Positions 37,859-51,104 are shown, counted from the stretch's first letter. The stretch is DNA of 64,000 nt from Octopus sinensis (GCF_006345805.1 NC_043021.1:15066001-15130000); one strand, 5' to 3'. Notes: generated from the letters alone by a model not told the origin. Made by a program: numbers and translations.

Positions 37859-37989
37859 TACACAGAAAAGAAACAAGGAGAGAAAAAAATTGTGTGTAGG
37901 AGCTAACGGTCCAACATGGCATTCTATATATATATATATATATATATTTACACATTGAGGAGCTTATTTTCAAAACCGGTATATGTGCA

Positions 37990-38400
37990 TATTTGGTTGA
38001 CTTCATGATAACTATTAAAACACAATATGCAAGATACTGGCTTCACACACGTGAAATTCTTTTCAGTCAGACTGGGATAGATGCCTTACAGACAGTAGAC
38101 GAAATCTTAGTCTTCCAATCAAAATCAGATCTATTTAAGTTGTTGATTTAAACAATTACTCAAAAGTCATTTCAACACATCTATCTGGTTTTGAAAGTAA
38201 GCTCTTCAATATATCTTGTTTTCATATACATTTGCTACTTTCTTCTAAGGAATCTAATGCTCTTAGCTTAGTTTTTCTTTGGGGCTGGCCAGATTGGAGC
38301 AATCTCAAGTATAACCAGCCAAAATTGCAAATTTAATCTGGAACTCAACTGAGGAAAGAAAACTCCGAATGACCCGTCCTTGTTTTTTTTTTTGTCCCTT
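37990..38400. repeat. Dispersed repeat, second copy at ~61025-61230
   Basis: Shared ttttcagtca(g/a)actgggatagatgcc...cttagtcttccaatcaaaatcag. Confidence 0.7.
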
Positions 38401-39227
38401 TTATGTATTGGTGTGTTTTACATACCCATAACCTAGTGGTTCAGCAAAACAGACTGATATTGAATAAGTAGTAGACTTCAAAATAAAAATAAGTACTGAG
38501 GTCAATTCATTCAGCAAAACTTCTGAAAAGCAGTGCCCCAGCATGGTCACAGTCTGATGACTGAAAGAAGTAAGCATTAAAAGCTATTGACCATGTTCCT
38601 GCGGACATATGTGCATGGTCAGCATTAACCAATGCAGGTTTTTTTGTGTGTGTTTTTACTTGTTTTTTTTTTCTTTTCTTTGTCAAGGACAGTATGATGT
38701 GGTTTTGTGGGAAATTTGGTTATTTACTGTCATAGGAAAAAAATATATAAAAAGAAAAAGAAAAGAATTTCAATAAAATAGTCTCAGATACTAACAAAAT
38801 GGCTGAAAGCAAAACAAAAAAAAAATTGAAGAAAAAAGATGGCTGCCGATTGAGAGCTGATAACAAGGGCGGCAACAACAAGAGCAACAAGAGCAACATT
38901 CGTTTGCAATAAATTTGAATTGAAGATCAATTGTCCACCACAGTTATTCAGTTGGTCAGTCAGTTCCATTTTTTTTTTATATACAATGGCTTATTGGTTC
39001 CGAAATTGAGCGAAAAGTTAGAGACTCTTCACCCAGAACACCAACAAATTATCTGCTTGTTTATTACTGTCACTACAACTGCTGCTGCTGCTGCTTCTAT
39101 ACCGATAATAATAATACTATTTTCTCTCTTTCTCTTCCTCTTCATTGATTGATTGATTGTTGAAGAGGTGGGACATAGGACAGCCCAGTGCTAAAATTCA
39201 ATATTAGATACTGTATTGTATATAGCT

Positions 39228-39375
39228 GTTTCTTCTTCTTCTTCTTCTTCTTCTTCTTCTTCTTCTTCTTCGCTTTCTTCTTCTTCTTCTTCTTCTTCTT
39301 CTTCTTCTCTTCTTCTTCTTCTTCTTCTTCTTCTTCTTCTTCTCCTCTCCTCCTCCTCCTCCTCCTCCATCCTCC
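39228..39375. repeat. (CTT)n(CCT)n homopyrimidine tract
   Basis: Direct inspection. Confidence 0.95.
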
Positions 39376-39439
39376 TCCATCCTCTGAATTATTTTTTTCC
39401 AGTACCATTTTGAAAGGACAACACTGCAGTGATTAATTA

Positions 39440-39785
39440 ATGAATTGAACGGCCACAAACGGATGGTGCACGTAAAAAGCACCATCCGTTCATGGCCGTT
39501 GCCAGCCTCGCCTGGCCCCCGTGCCGGTGACACATAAAATGCACCATCCGATCGTGGCCGTTTGCCAGACTCATCTGGCACCTGTGCCGGTGGCACGTAA
39601 AAAGCACCCACTACACTCATGGAGTGGTTGGCGTTAGGAAGGGCATCCAGCCGTAGAAACATTGCCAGATCAGACTGGGCCTGGTGCAGCCTTCTGGCTT
39701 CCCAGACCCCAGTTGAACCGTCCAACCCATGCTAGCATGGAAAGCGGACGCTAAACAATGATGATGATGATGATGATGATGATGA
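39440..39785 (+). mobile_element. (GAT)n-tailed RTE 3' repeat
   Basis: Same body as 30745; further copies at about 42770-43085 (+), 47345-47550 (-), 53018-53260 (-) and 60449-60510 (+). Confidence 0.8.
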
Positions 39786-40494
39786 ATAATTCTTTCTACA
39801 ATAGGCACAAGGCCTGAAATTTTGGGGGAAGAAGCCACCTTAAAATAATAATTTCTAAAATAGGCACAAGGTTGATGATCTTGAAGGGAGGGATTAATCA
39901 ATTACATTAGCCCCATCTGACACAAGATCCCCTCCTCCAATGACCCCTCTCCTCTCAAAGACTCTTTGTCTTGCAAGTTACTTGGTGACCCTGCCAGTGC
40001 TGGTGCCATATAAAAAGCATCCAGTCCACACTGTGAAGTGGTTGGCATTTGGAAGGGCATCCAGCTGTAATAACTCTGCCAAAGCTGACCACACTTGTAC
40101 TGGTGCCATGTAAAAAGCACTGAGTCCACTCTGCAGGGTGGTTGGTGTTAGGAAGGGCATCCAGCCATAAAAATGTACCAAAACATACGTAGAAGTCTGG
40201 TGCAGGCTTCTGTCTGGCCAGCTCCTGTCAAACCTTCCAACCCATGCAAGCATGGAAGGTGGATGTTAAATGATGATGAGGAGGATGATGATGATGATGA
40301 TGATGATGTCTGACTGGTATATTATTTTACCGACCCCGAAATGACGAAAGACGAAGTTAACCATAACAGGATTTTAACCCAGAATGTATGTAAGGAGCCA
40401 GAACAAATGCTTACTCAGATCTTGAGTTCAAATCCTGCTGAGGTCAACTTTGCCTGCCGTTCTTGTGGGTTTGATAAATTAGAATGAAAGTCAA

Positions 40495-41240
40495 ATCTGT
40501 AACTGGGTGACCCAGTGACTAGGTGAGTGTGTGACTATGACTAGATAAGTCTGTGACCTGTTGACTGACATGTGTGACTTTGTGATTGGGTGACTCGGTG
40601 ACTCAATAACTGGGTGACTCAAAGACCAGATAAGCTGCATGATAGGGTGACTCAGTAGCTTTGATGAGTATGAGTGCATGACTGTGACTGTGATTTTATG
40701 ACCAATTGACTGTGACAGTGTGACTGGTTGACTCAGTGAATAGACAGCTGTGTGACTTGGTGACTCAGTGACTGGTTGACTCGGTGAATAGACAGCTGTG
40801 TGACTTGGTGACTCAGTGACTAAAAGACTGTGACTGGTTGACTCAGTGAATAGACAACTGTGTGGCTTGGTGACTCAGTGACTAGAAGGCTGTGACTGGT
40901 TGAATCAGTGAATAGACAGCTGTGTGACTTGGTGACTCAGTGACTAGAAGGTTGTGACTGGTTGACTCAGTGAATAGACAGCTGTGTGACTTGGTGACTC
41001 AGTGACTAGAAGACTGTGACTGGTTGACTCAGAAACCAGATGACTATGTGGCTGGGTGATTCAGTTGCTTGATCAATGTAACTGCATACTATGAATGGGT
41101 GACTGACAGAGTGAATGAGTTACTCAATAAACAGAGAGACCAGAAAACTGTAACTGTGTAACAGGGCAACTCAGTAACTAGATGAGTGTTATTTGGTGAC
41201 TCAAAGACTTGCTGACTGAGTGATAGGGTGACCAAAAGAC
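40495..41240. repeat. 62-bp minisatellite (core 40721-41031) with degenerate flanks, rich in TGACTCA
   Basis: tgactggttg at 40721, 40769, 40831, 40893, 40955 and 41017. Confidence 0.9.
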
Positions 41241-41456
41241 AGGATTATACGATGACTGAGTAAGTTGTTGGATGGGGGTGAAACATAAAGAACCGATTAC
41301 TTTTAAGATATGAAAAGGAAATGGAAGAACTTCCTTTGATTCTGACCAACATGGAAGCAGAACAGTGTGATAGTGGTGGTGGTGGTAGTGGTGGTGGTAA
41401 TGGTGCTGTTGTTGTAGTTGGTGTTGTTGTTGTTGTTGCTGTTGCTGTTGTTGTTG

Positions 41457-41488
<32 letters not shown>

Positions 41489-43907
41489 GGTGGTGGTGGA
41501 AGAAACAATGGTTGAAGCCATAAAGCTATCTGAGAAATAAGAAATATCTATTAATGGGTTAATAATGATGGATCTGTGATAAACTGGAATGGTGATAAAG
41601 ATAATAAAAGAATCAATAGGAAGAACGGACAAAAGGAATTTCTGCCAACAGAAATATTGTGGACATACAGGAAATGTCCACTTAGAGCAGAACTATCACA
41701 CTTTGATTGAGATTATCGGTTATCATTCTCTATCGACATGGCTGCTTGACTCGGTAGAAATAGCAGCCAATTTCTCCTTAAATAACACCATTTTTGTTTG
41801 TTTTTAATAAAAGGCAATGGCACACCAGGCGCAGGCATGGCACTGTGGTTAAGGAGGTTGTTCCATGATTGAATACATTTGGGTTCAGTCCCACTGTGTG
41901 ACACCTCAGGTGAGTGTCCTTTGGTGTAGTCCAGGGCTGACCAAAGCCTTGTGGGTGAAGTGAATTTGGTAGACAGAGACTGTGTGGAAGCCCATGTTGT
42001 GTATACATGTGTGTACGTGTGTGTTTGTTTGCCTACCACCACCACCATGACCACCACCACTTAACAACTGTTATAGGTTTATTTATGTCCCCATAACTAA
42101 GCAGTTTGACAAAAGAGACCAGTAGAGTAGTTATCCTATTTTTAAAAAATGTAACTGGGGTCAATTTGTTTGATTAAACACTTCGAGGTTATGCCCCAGC
42201 ATGGCCAAGCCCAATGTGTGAAACAAGTAAACGATAAAAGATAGACCTAATAATGTCAGCCTAGATACATTGTATCCATTGGGGTGGAGTGGAGGCATGT
42301 GGCTTTGTGGTTAAAGTATTATGCTAATGAACATAAGATCGGAGGTTCAATTCCAGGACTAGTTAGTGCATTGTGTCCTTGAGCAAGGCATTTCATTTCA
42401 CATTGCTTTGGTGTATTTTGCTGAAAATAAGTATCAGCTGACTTCCATTGCAGCTCTCTGTCCTTCCAGCTATCATATCTTTGGTGTTCTGTGGGGTCAA
42501 AGAAGGAAGGCCAAGATATCTATATCTACCCATGACTATATAAAGACCAAAATAGCAGTTCTTCAAATTGTACCAGTTTCATAAAAAAAAAAATATTACG
42601 GCAGAAAACTGGCAGAATCGTTACTGCATCTGACAAAATGTTTAGCGGCATTTTTTCCAACTAACTTCACATTCTGAGTTCAAATGCTCCCAAGGTTGAC
42701 TTTGTTCTTGATCCTTTCAGGGTCGATAAATGTTATAATGTGAATGCTTGTCCACCTGTACATTTTCGGCACGTCCATGCCGGTGACACGTAAAAAGCAC
42801 CAGCCGAATGTGGCTGATGCCAGCGCCGCCTTGACTGGCTTCTGTGCCGGTGGCACATAAAAAGCTCCAATCCGATCGTGGCCGTTGCCAGCCTCGCCTG
42901 GCACGTAAAAAGCACCCACTATACTCATGGAGTGGTTGGCGTTAGGAAGGGCATCCAGCTGTAGAAACACTGCCAGATCAGACTGGAGCCTAGTGCAGCC
43001 TTCTGTCTTCCCAGATCCCCGGTTGAACCGTCCAACCCATGCTAGCATGGAGAACGGACGTTAAACAATGATGATGATGATGATGACTGTAATATTCTTG
43101 TCACCACTATTATGTCGTGGTGGAATTCCACATCTTATTATCTTTGACTTGTCTATCGTGCTATCACTGGTAGCTCCACAAGACAATGACTTTGACACAT
43201 CTGCCTTGACGGTAGCTCGAACTTGTATGTATCATGTGACTGACACTGACTCCGACTGAGAAATTTGTACAATGACTCTACTACTACTGATTAACCTCTA
43301 CAACGACTGACTGTCTGACTTTATAGTGGCTGGGTCATACCACTTAGCCACATGGGAAGGGGAGTACCATTTTCACTACAAAAATAAGTACCTGTCTTGG
43401 ATCCATGTGATATGTAATTGACTAGACCCCCCCTCCCTCAAAATTTCAAGCCTTATGCCTAAGCCAGAAAAGATTATAATAATAAAGAGAGACTGGAGTA
43501 GGGGGTGATTTGAGGAAGATAAATATATCTGACTGAATTGAGTGTTAGGTTTTATATGATCAAGTACAACTTCCTTCATCACCATACCACAGCCCAATGA
43601 CTGAAATCATCAGACACACCTGTCTACATGCATATGTACGCAGGTATGCATGTACACATGTAAGTATGTATGCATGTAGATATGTATGCATAATTATATC
43701 ATGTGGTGCATAAATGTATAACGTACCAGAGACAGAGAAAGAGAGAGAGGGAGAAAGATGGATATGTGATGAGGGGAGGAAGGAGAGTATCTGAAAGATG
43801 ACCTGAACAAGAGAGATTTACACACAGGCCCCTACATATACATATCACATGTGTATGTGTGTGTGTGTGTATGTATGTATATGTATGCCTATGTGTATAT
43901 ATATATA

Positions 43908-43957
<50 letters not shown>

Positions 43958-43980
43958 TATATACATATATATATATATAT

Positions 43981-44062
<82 letters not shown>

Positions 44063-44063
44063 T

Positions 44064-44097
<34 letters not shown>

Positions 44098-44299
44098 GCA
44101 CAGACAAACATACACCACACACACACACACACACCACACACACACACACACACACATGCATATACACCTGTGCAGGTAACTTTTCAGTGAATACTTCTGA
44201 GATAAAACAGCAGAACATGGCTGAGGTTAGCAGGCATCAGTTGTCTGGTATTTCAGATTGATAACAATCACATTAGTCAGTCTTTAGAATTAAGATGGT

Positions 44300-45312
44300 T
44301 GACTAGATAAGATGGATGGATGGATGGAAGCGGGTGGTGGGTGGTGGGGCAAGATAGCGGGGTGGATGCATAATGAGCTGGCTCTATGATATGATGGATT
44401 ATTGGATGGATGGGAGAGAAGGTGGATGAACAGATAAATGGGTGGATGCGCAGATGGGATAAAGAGATGAATAGCTGTATGAACATATGGATGGATGGAT
44501 GAGTGGGTAGACGGGTGGATGGATGGGTAGATGGGTGGATGGGTGGATGAATAGAAGGATGAATAGATAGGTGAATGAACAGGTGAATAGAAAGGCGGAA
44601 AAGGAGCAGATGGATGGATGGGTGGATGTGTGGGATGATGGTGGATGTGTGGGATAATGGCTGGATGGGTGGATGGCTGTGTGGGTTGATGGTTGGATCG
44701 GTAGGTGGATGAGTAGGTAGGTGGATGGATGGCTAGGAATACAGATGGGTGAATGGATGAATGGGCAGTTGGGTGGATGGGTGGATGGATGGCTGTGTGG
44801 GTGGATGTGTGGGATGATGGTTGGATGGGTAGGTGGATGGATGGGAAGATATGTGGATGGATGGTTAGATATGAATGCAGATGGGTGAATGGATGGATTG
44901 CCAGATGGGTGGATGGATGGACGGGTGGATGGAAGGGTGGATGGATGGGTGGACGGGTGGATGGCTGTTTGGGTGAATGTGTGGGATGATGGTTGGATGG
45001 GTTGGTGGATGGGAAGATATGTGGGTGGATGGATATGAACACGGATGGATGGGCAGATGGGTGGATGGGTGGATGGCTGTGTGGGTTGATGGTTGGATCG
45101 GTAGGTGGATGAGTAGGTAGGTGGATGGATGGCTAGGAATGCAGATGGGTGAATGGATGAATGGGTAGTTGGGTGGATGGGTGGATGGATGGCTGTGTGG
45201 GTGGATGTGTGGGATGATGGTTGGATGGGTAGGTGGATGGATGGGAAGATATGTGGATGGATGGTTGGATATGAATGCAGATGGGTGAATGGATGGATGG
45301 GCAGATGGGTGG
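44300..45312. repeat. (GGAT/GGGT)n-derived array containing a 400-bp-offset internal duplication
   Basis: ggatggctgtgtgggttgatggttggatcgg at 44671 and 45071. Confidence 0.9.
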
Positions 45313-46099
45313 AAGCCCACCAGTTGCTTATGATGCAAGTCTCCTCTCTTTCTACATCAGTGGTTTTCAAATGTGGCACCCAGGGCTGCATGCAGCCCTC
45401 AAGAACTATATATGTATATATTTGTGTATCTGTGTTTGAACCTCCCCCACCAGCGTCGCTTGACAACCGATGCTGGTGTGTTCACAACCCCGTAACTTTG
45501 CAGTTCAGCAAAAAGAGGCCGATAAAATAAGTACTAGGCTTACAAAGAATAAGTCCTGGGGTCGGTCGTTTTGCTCGACTAAAGGCGGTGCTCCAGCATG
45601 GCCGCAGTCAAATGACTAAAAAAAAATAAAAGAAATAAAAGAAACAACAACAAGAAAAAAAAATCCTTCGTAAAAGTACAAACTATCAAAAAAACAATGC
45701 AAATGGATGTCTTTTACATAGAAATTACCGAATCCAAAAATAGAAATAAATAAATAAATAAATAAATAAATAACTGAAACTCCGAGTAAAAACAAATTAA
45801 ACAAATATATAAAAGGACCTTAATCTCTTTCTATTCTTACTAGGTTAGTTTTGCTCAATCAGCTTATCTTCATTATCTGGCCATCAAACTAAGCAGCTGC
45901 TACTGAAAGACGTTCTCAAAGACAATCTCTGATAATTCTTCAATTCTAATGTGGGATGTCATGAAATGATTTTGGCTTTTGGGTTTTTTTTTTTTTTTTT
46001 TTGCTGCGTCTCTCTTTTTTTCCCCCCTGTTTGTCCACTATTGCTGTTCAATTATTTCCATTTATTGATACGCAGCATATATATTTGTACATCTACTTT

Positions 46100-46164
46100 A
46101 TTTTACTGTGTACACACACACACACGCACACACATATATATATATGTACACAAATATATATATG

Positions 46165-46261
<97 letters not shown>

Positions 46262-46348
46262 TATGTGTGTGTATATATATATATTATATATATATACACA
46301 CATATACATATATACATATATATGTACATATATATACATATATGTGCC

Positions 46349-46390
<42 letters not shown>

Positions 46391-46486
46391 GGCACATATA
46401 TGTATATATATATAATCATATACATATAATATATATATGTATATGTATATATATATAGGCACATATATGTATATATATATAATCGT

Positions 46487-46523
<37 letters not shown>

Positions 46524-46562
46524 TACATATATATACATATACATATGTATATATATATATTA
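46100..46562. repeat. (TA)n compound microsatellite
   Basis: Direct inspection; similar arrays at 8850-9170, 43845-44160 and 56718-57152. Confidence 0.95.
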
Positions 46563-48226
46563 AGAGCTGCTGCTCCTCTTCAGAGATATGCAATTCTAGA
46601 ATAAAGACTTTCAAAGTCTTCGATAGTTTTCTTTTCAGTATTCGATTTATAAATTTTTTTTGTTTTCCTTAAAATATACCTTGTTTTGCATTTATTTTCA
46701 TTTTGTTTGTTTGTTTTTGTTTTGTTTTTTTTTGTTCTTTGTACTCGTGGTGGGGGAAGGAGAGGTTGGGTGTGGTCGGGAGAAGTTCGGAGTTTGTATG
46801 TAATTATGTAATTGCATATATCTTCATATAAATTGCCATCTATTATTCCATATGTACATATAAATATACATGAGTGTGTGTGTGTGTGTGGTGTGTGTGT
46901 GTGTGTGTGTGTGTGTTTCTATGTTTGTATAATGGGTAGGAGTATGTTCAGAAGCATGGAATATAATATACAAACAGATTACTCATCAATTACTCATCAG
47001 ACCAGATCAAATTGTTAAAATCCAATGTCCTAATCATAAGAGATCTAATCCAGCTATACCAGAGTTGACTACAGGAAATGCTCCAGTTGAGCTAAACAAA
47101 ATATTTCATCTTTATCATTTACATATATATATAGATAATAATAATAATAATAATAATAATAATCTTTTCTACTATAGGAACAAGACCTGAAATTTGGCAA
47201 GAGGAGACTAGTCGATTACATGTGTGTGTGTGTGTGACAGAGAGAGAGAGAGAGAGAGAGAGCGAGAAGAGAAAGAGAAGAGAGAGAGTGAGAAAGAGAG
47301 AGAGAAAGAGAGAGAGAAAATGAGAGAGAAAGAGAGAGAGATTATCATCATCATCATATAATGTCCATTTTCCATGCTGGCATGGGTTGGATGGTTTGAT
47401 TGGAGCTGGCAAAGCTGGGACCCACACAAGGTTCCATTGTTTGTTTTAGCATGGCTTCTACAGCTGGATGGCTTTCGGAATCCCTTTCCAGGGATGTACT
47501 GGGTGCTTTTTATGTGGTACCAGCATCAGTATTTTTTTTACATGACGCCATCTCACCAAAACGGTTACCGAATACCTTTGCAAGACAAAGACCCCCTCAA
47601 CCGGAAGAGGGGAGTAAATTTGAGGCAGGGTGGCTTTGTGCTGGTTGAGAGATTAAATGTACAGTGGGACAGAGACAGGTGTCTTGCTGTAGAGTAAATA
47701 CATGGATACTCCAGATGGAAGAAGAGAAAGGTGAGTGAGTTAATGTGCAAGATAAAGAGAGCAACAGTGAGCGAAACGGTGATCATTATTGTCATCATTT
47801 TAATGTCCAGTTTTGCACACTTCCATGGGTCAGATGGAATTTGTTAAGGCAAATTTTTTTTATTGCTGGGTGCCCTTCCAGTTGCCTACCCTCACATGTT
47901 TCCAGGGAAGTTAATATTTCCTCACAGCCAAACATGTTTTCACAGAAGATTGGAACACAAAGGATATTACTTGTGTGGTGATGAAAGGCAAAGCTGACCT
48001 CAGTGGGCTTCGAGCTCAGGATGTAAAGAGCTGAAAGAAATGTTGCTAAGCATTTTGTCTGACATGCTAATGATTTTGCTCACTTGTCATACACTTGGTT
48101 TATCGACTCCAAAAGGATGAAAGACAAAGTCGACCTTGGTGGAATTTGATCTCAGAACGTAAGACATGAAATGCCACTAAACATTTTGCCTGGTATGCTA
48201 ACGATTGTGCAGCTCTCTGCCTTATT

Positions 48227-48266
<40 letters not shown>

Positions 48267-48900
48267 TAATAATAATAATAGCAATAATAATAATAATAAT
48301 AATAATAATCCTTTCTACTATAGGCACAAGATCTGAAATTTGGCAAGAGGAGACTAGTTGATTACATTGACCCCAGTGTCTCACTGGTATTTAATTTATT
48401 GACCACGAAAGGATGGAAGGCAAAGTCGACCCCGGTGAAATTTGAACTCAGAACATAAAGACGTACGAAATGTCGCTAAGCATTTTGCCCGGCATGCTAA
48501 CAATTTTGCCAGCTCACCACCTTAATAATAATAATAATAATAATAATCATGACAGGAGCACTCTGTCGGTTATGATGATGAGGGTCCCAGCTGATACGAT
48601 CAACGGAACAGCTTGCTTGTGAAATTAACGTGCAAGTGGCTGAGCACTCCACAGTCACGTGTATTCTTAACATAGTTCTCAGTGAGATTCAGCATGACAC
48701 AAAGTGCCAATCAGGCAGTACTGTCATTGGCCACATCAGCAATTTTGATTTTGACTTCACTTGACTTAATAGGTCTTCGCAAGCAAAGTTTATTGTCCAA
48801 TGAATGAAGGGTATTCATAAGTGGGCTGGTTACACCCACTGTTCATAGGCCACGGGCTATGGTCTCACTTGGCTTGTCAAGTCTTCTCAAACTATTATCA

Positions 48901-48945
<45 letters not shown>

Positions 48946-48970
48946 CATCATCATCATCATTATCATCATC

Positions 48971-49459
48971 AGCGTAACAGGCTGACAGAATCATTTACAC
49001 TTCAGGTAAAATGCTCAGTGGCATTTTGTCCATCTTTACATCCTGAGTCCAAATTTCGACGACGAGATCAACTCTGACTTTCATCCTCCCTGGGTCTATA
49101 AAATAAATACCAGTTGATCGCTAGGGTCAATGTAATTGACTTACTCCCTCTCCTTGATCTGATGACTTTGTGCCAAAATTTGAAACTATTATTATTATTA
49201 TTATTATATTATTATTATTATTATCATCATCATCATCATCATCATCAGCGTAACAGGCTGACAGAATCATTTACACTTCAGGTAAAATGCTCAGTGGCAT
49301 TTTGTCCATCTTTACATCCTGAGTCCAAATTTCGACGAGATCAACTCTGACTTTCATCCTCCCTGGGTCTATAAAATAAATACCAGTTGATCACTAGGGT
49401 CAATGTAATTGACTTACTCCCTCTCCTTGATCTGATGACTTTGTGCCAAAATTTGAAAC
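48971..49459. repeat. Tandem duplication (~275 bp period) of an old SINE, bounded by (TAT)n(CAT)n
   Basis: agcgtaacaggctgacagaatc at 48971 and 49247; the copies differ at only a few positions. Confidence 0.9.
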
Positions 49460-49868
49460 TATTATTATTATTATTATTATTATTATTACACTTTCCTTAT
49501 TTGAAGTATGTTTATTTTTACAGGACACTGTGTCATTTACAATTATTAGGTTGAATTTATTTCTGTATTGTTGCTGAACTTGTCTCCTAAATTATTTTTA
49601 TGTCCCTTATTGACTCGCTGGGGGTTTTATTTTCTCAATTTATTGTGTGCAAGGGAATTTAAAGGCTCTCTTTGCTAAGGGTTTTATTACTCATGTTTTA
49701 TATCTCTTAGGGACAATTACTGTCATCAGGCAATGGATCTATTTGAATTTATTGGTGTTTTCAGAGCGTGCCGACAGTAATCTTGGTGTTATTTCTTATC
49801 CCTACGTTTACATCAGAAATAGTACCCTTCATGGCCAAAGTTGCAAATAAAAGCCATCGCATGAAATC

Positions 49869-50363
49869 AATAAGAAACTTCAATCTGGTTGGTTGACATG
49901 CTAGAAGTAGCAACCAAGTTTCTTCTCCGAAATAAGAAATTTCAACCTGGCTGCTTGACCTGCTAGAAGTAGCAACCAAATTTCTTCTCTGAAATAAGAA
50001 ACTTCAACCTGGCTGCTTGACCTGCTAGAAGTAGCAACCAAATTTCTTCTCCGAAATAAGTAACTTCAACCTGGCTGCTTGACCTGCTAGAAGTAGCAAC
50101 CAAATTTCTTCTCTGAAATAAGAAACTTCAATCTGGCTGCTTGACCTGCTAGAAGTAGCAAGCAAATTTCTTCTCTGAAATAAGAAATTTCAACCTGGCT
50201 GCTTCACCTGCTAGAAGTAGCAACCAAATTTCTTCTTTGAAATAAGAAACTTCAACCTGGCTGCTTGACCTGCTAGAAGTAGCAACCAAACCTCTTCTCT
50301 GAAATAAGAAACTTCAACCTGGCTGCTTGACTTGCTAGAAGTAGCAAGCAGATTTCTTCTCTG
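49869..50363. repeat. 62-bp minisatellite, 8 copies
   Basis: aataag(a/t)aa(c/t)ttcaa at 49869, 49931, 49993, 50055, 50117, 50179, 50241 and 50303. Confidence 0.95.
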
Positions 50364-50649
50364 GAATTCACCCAGGTATGTTAAAAGGAGGTGGAGGTAT
50401 TGGATGGTGTAGTCTGAGAAATGCTACACTCATCATCAGCATCATCAGTCATCATTGTCATCATCACCATCATCATAATCATTTGCAGCAGCGGCATGGT
50501 TGTCATCATAGTCATCATCATCATTGCTGTCGTCTTTGTCACCATCATCATCATCATCATCGCCACCACAATCATCACTGTCAACATTGCCATCACCACC
50601 ACCACCACCACCACCACCACAATCATCATTATTGTCGTCGTCGTCGTCG

Positions 50650-50682
<33 letters not shown>

Positions 50683-51069
50683 TATCATCACCACTACCAT
50701 GAAAAGTAAACCTGACTTTGCAAGGATTTGAACTCTAAATATAAAAAGCCATCATTATACGTCAGACACCCAAATGGGTCTGCCAACTCACTGAGTCTAT
50801 ATTGGCACAGAACCACAAACGTTTGGTAAATCAGTGGTCATATTACTCAAGAGGGGTCAATTTTGCCTTTCATCCCTTTGGGGTCAATAAAATAAGTACC
50901 AGTTGAGCACTGGGTTCAATATAATTGACTTGACTCTCCCCCAAAATTCCTGGATTAGTGTCAAAATTTAAAATTAAAACCACCCAAGTGAAGGTCATGG
51001 TAAGAAGGGCAATGTCAAGATATATTGCTGGCCTTAAGTGAAGTACTCGGTTTTAATAATTTTGCACAG

Positions 51070-51104
51070 AGTGAATTTTGCTAAAAGCACCAAATGGCCA
51101 ATTG
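51070..51104 (+). CDS. Candidate 35-nt micro-exon (VNFAKSTKWPI) of an unidentified + strand gene
   Basis: Acceptor taattttgcacag, donor TTG|gtgagt; one open frame. Confidence 0.25.

Noticed and set aside
37951-37987. Degenerate + strand hammerhead (cacat-tgagga...c-aaaac-cg-gta-tatgtg)
   Set aside because: C3 and G12 are missing and stem II is minimal; too decayed to call.
45841-45902. Minus-strand exon-like segment with good splice sites
   Set aside because: Stop codons in all three frames; at most a non-coding exon, with no evidence.
46564-46583. Half hammerhead CUGAAGA-G-GAGC-AGCA-GCUC (minus)
   Set aside because: Truncated by (TA)n before GAAA; counted only as a remnant, not called as a feature.
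40721-50363. 62-bp arrays (and the 246-bp array) as CRISPR
   Set aside because: No unique spacers, no cas genes, eukaryotic context.
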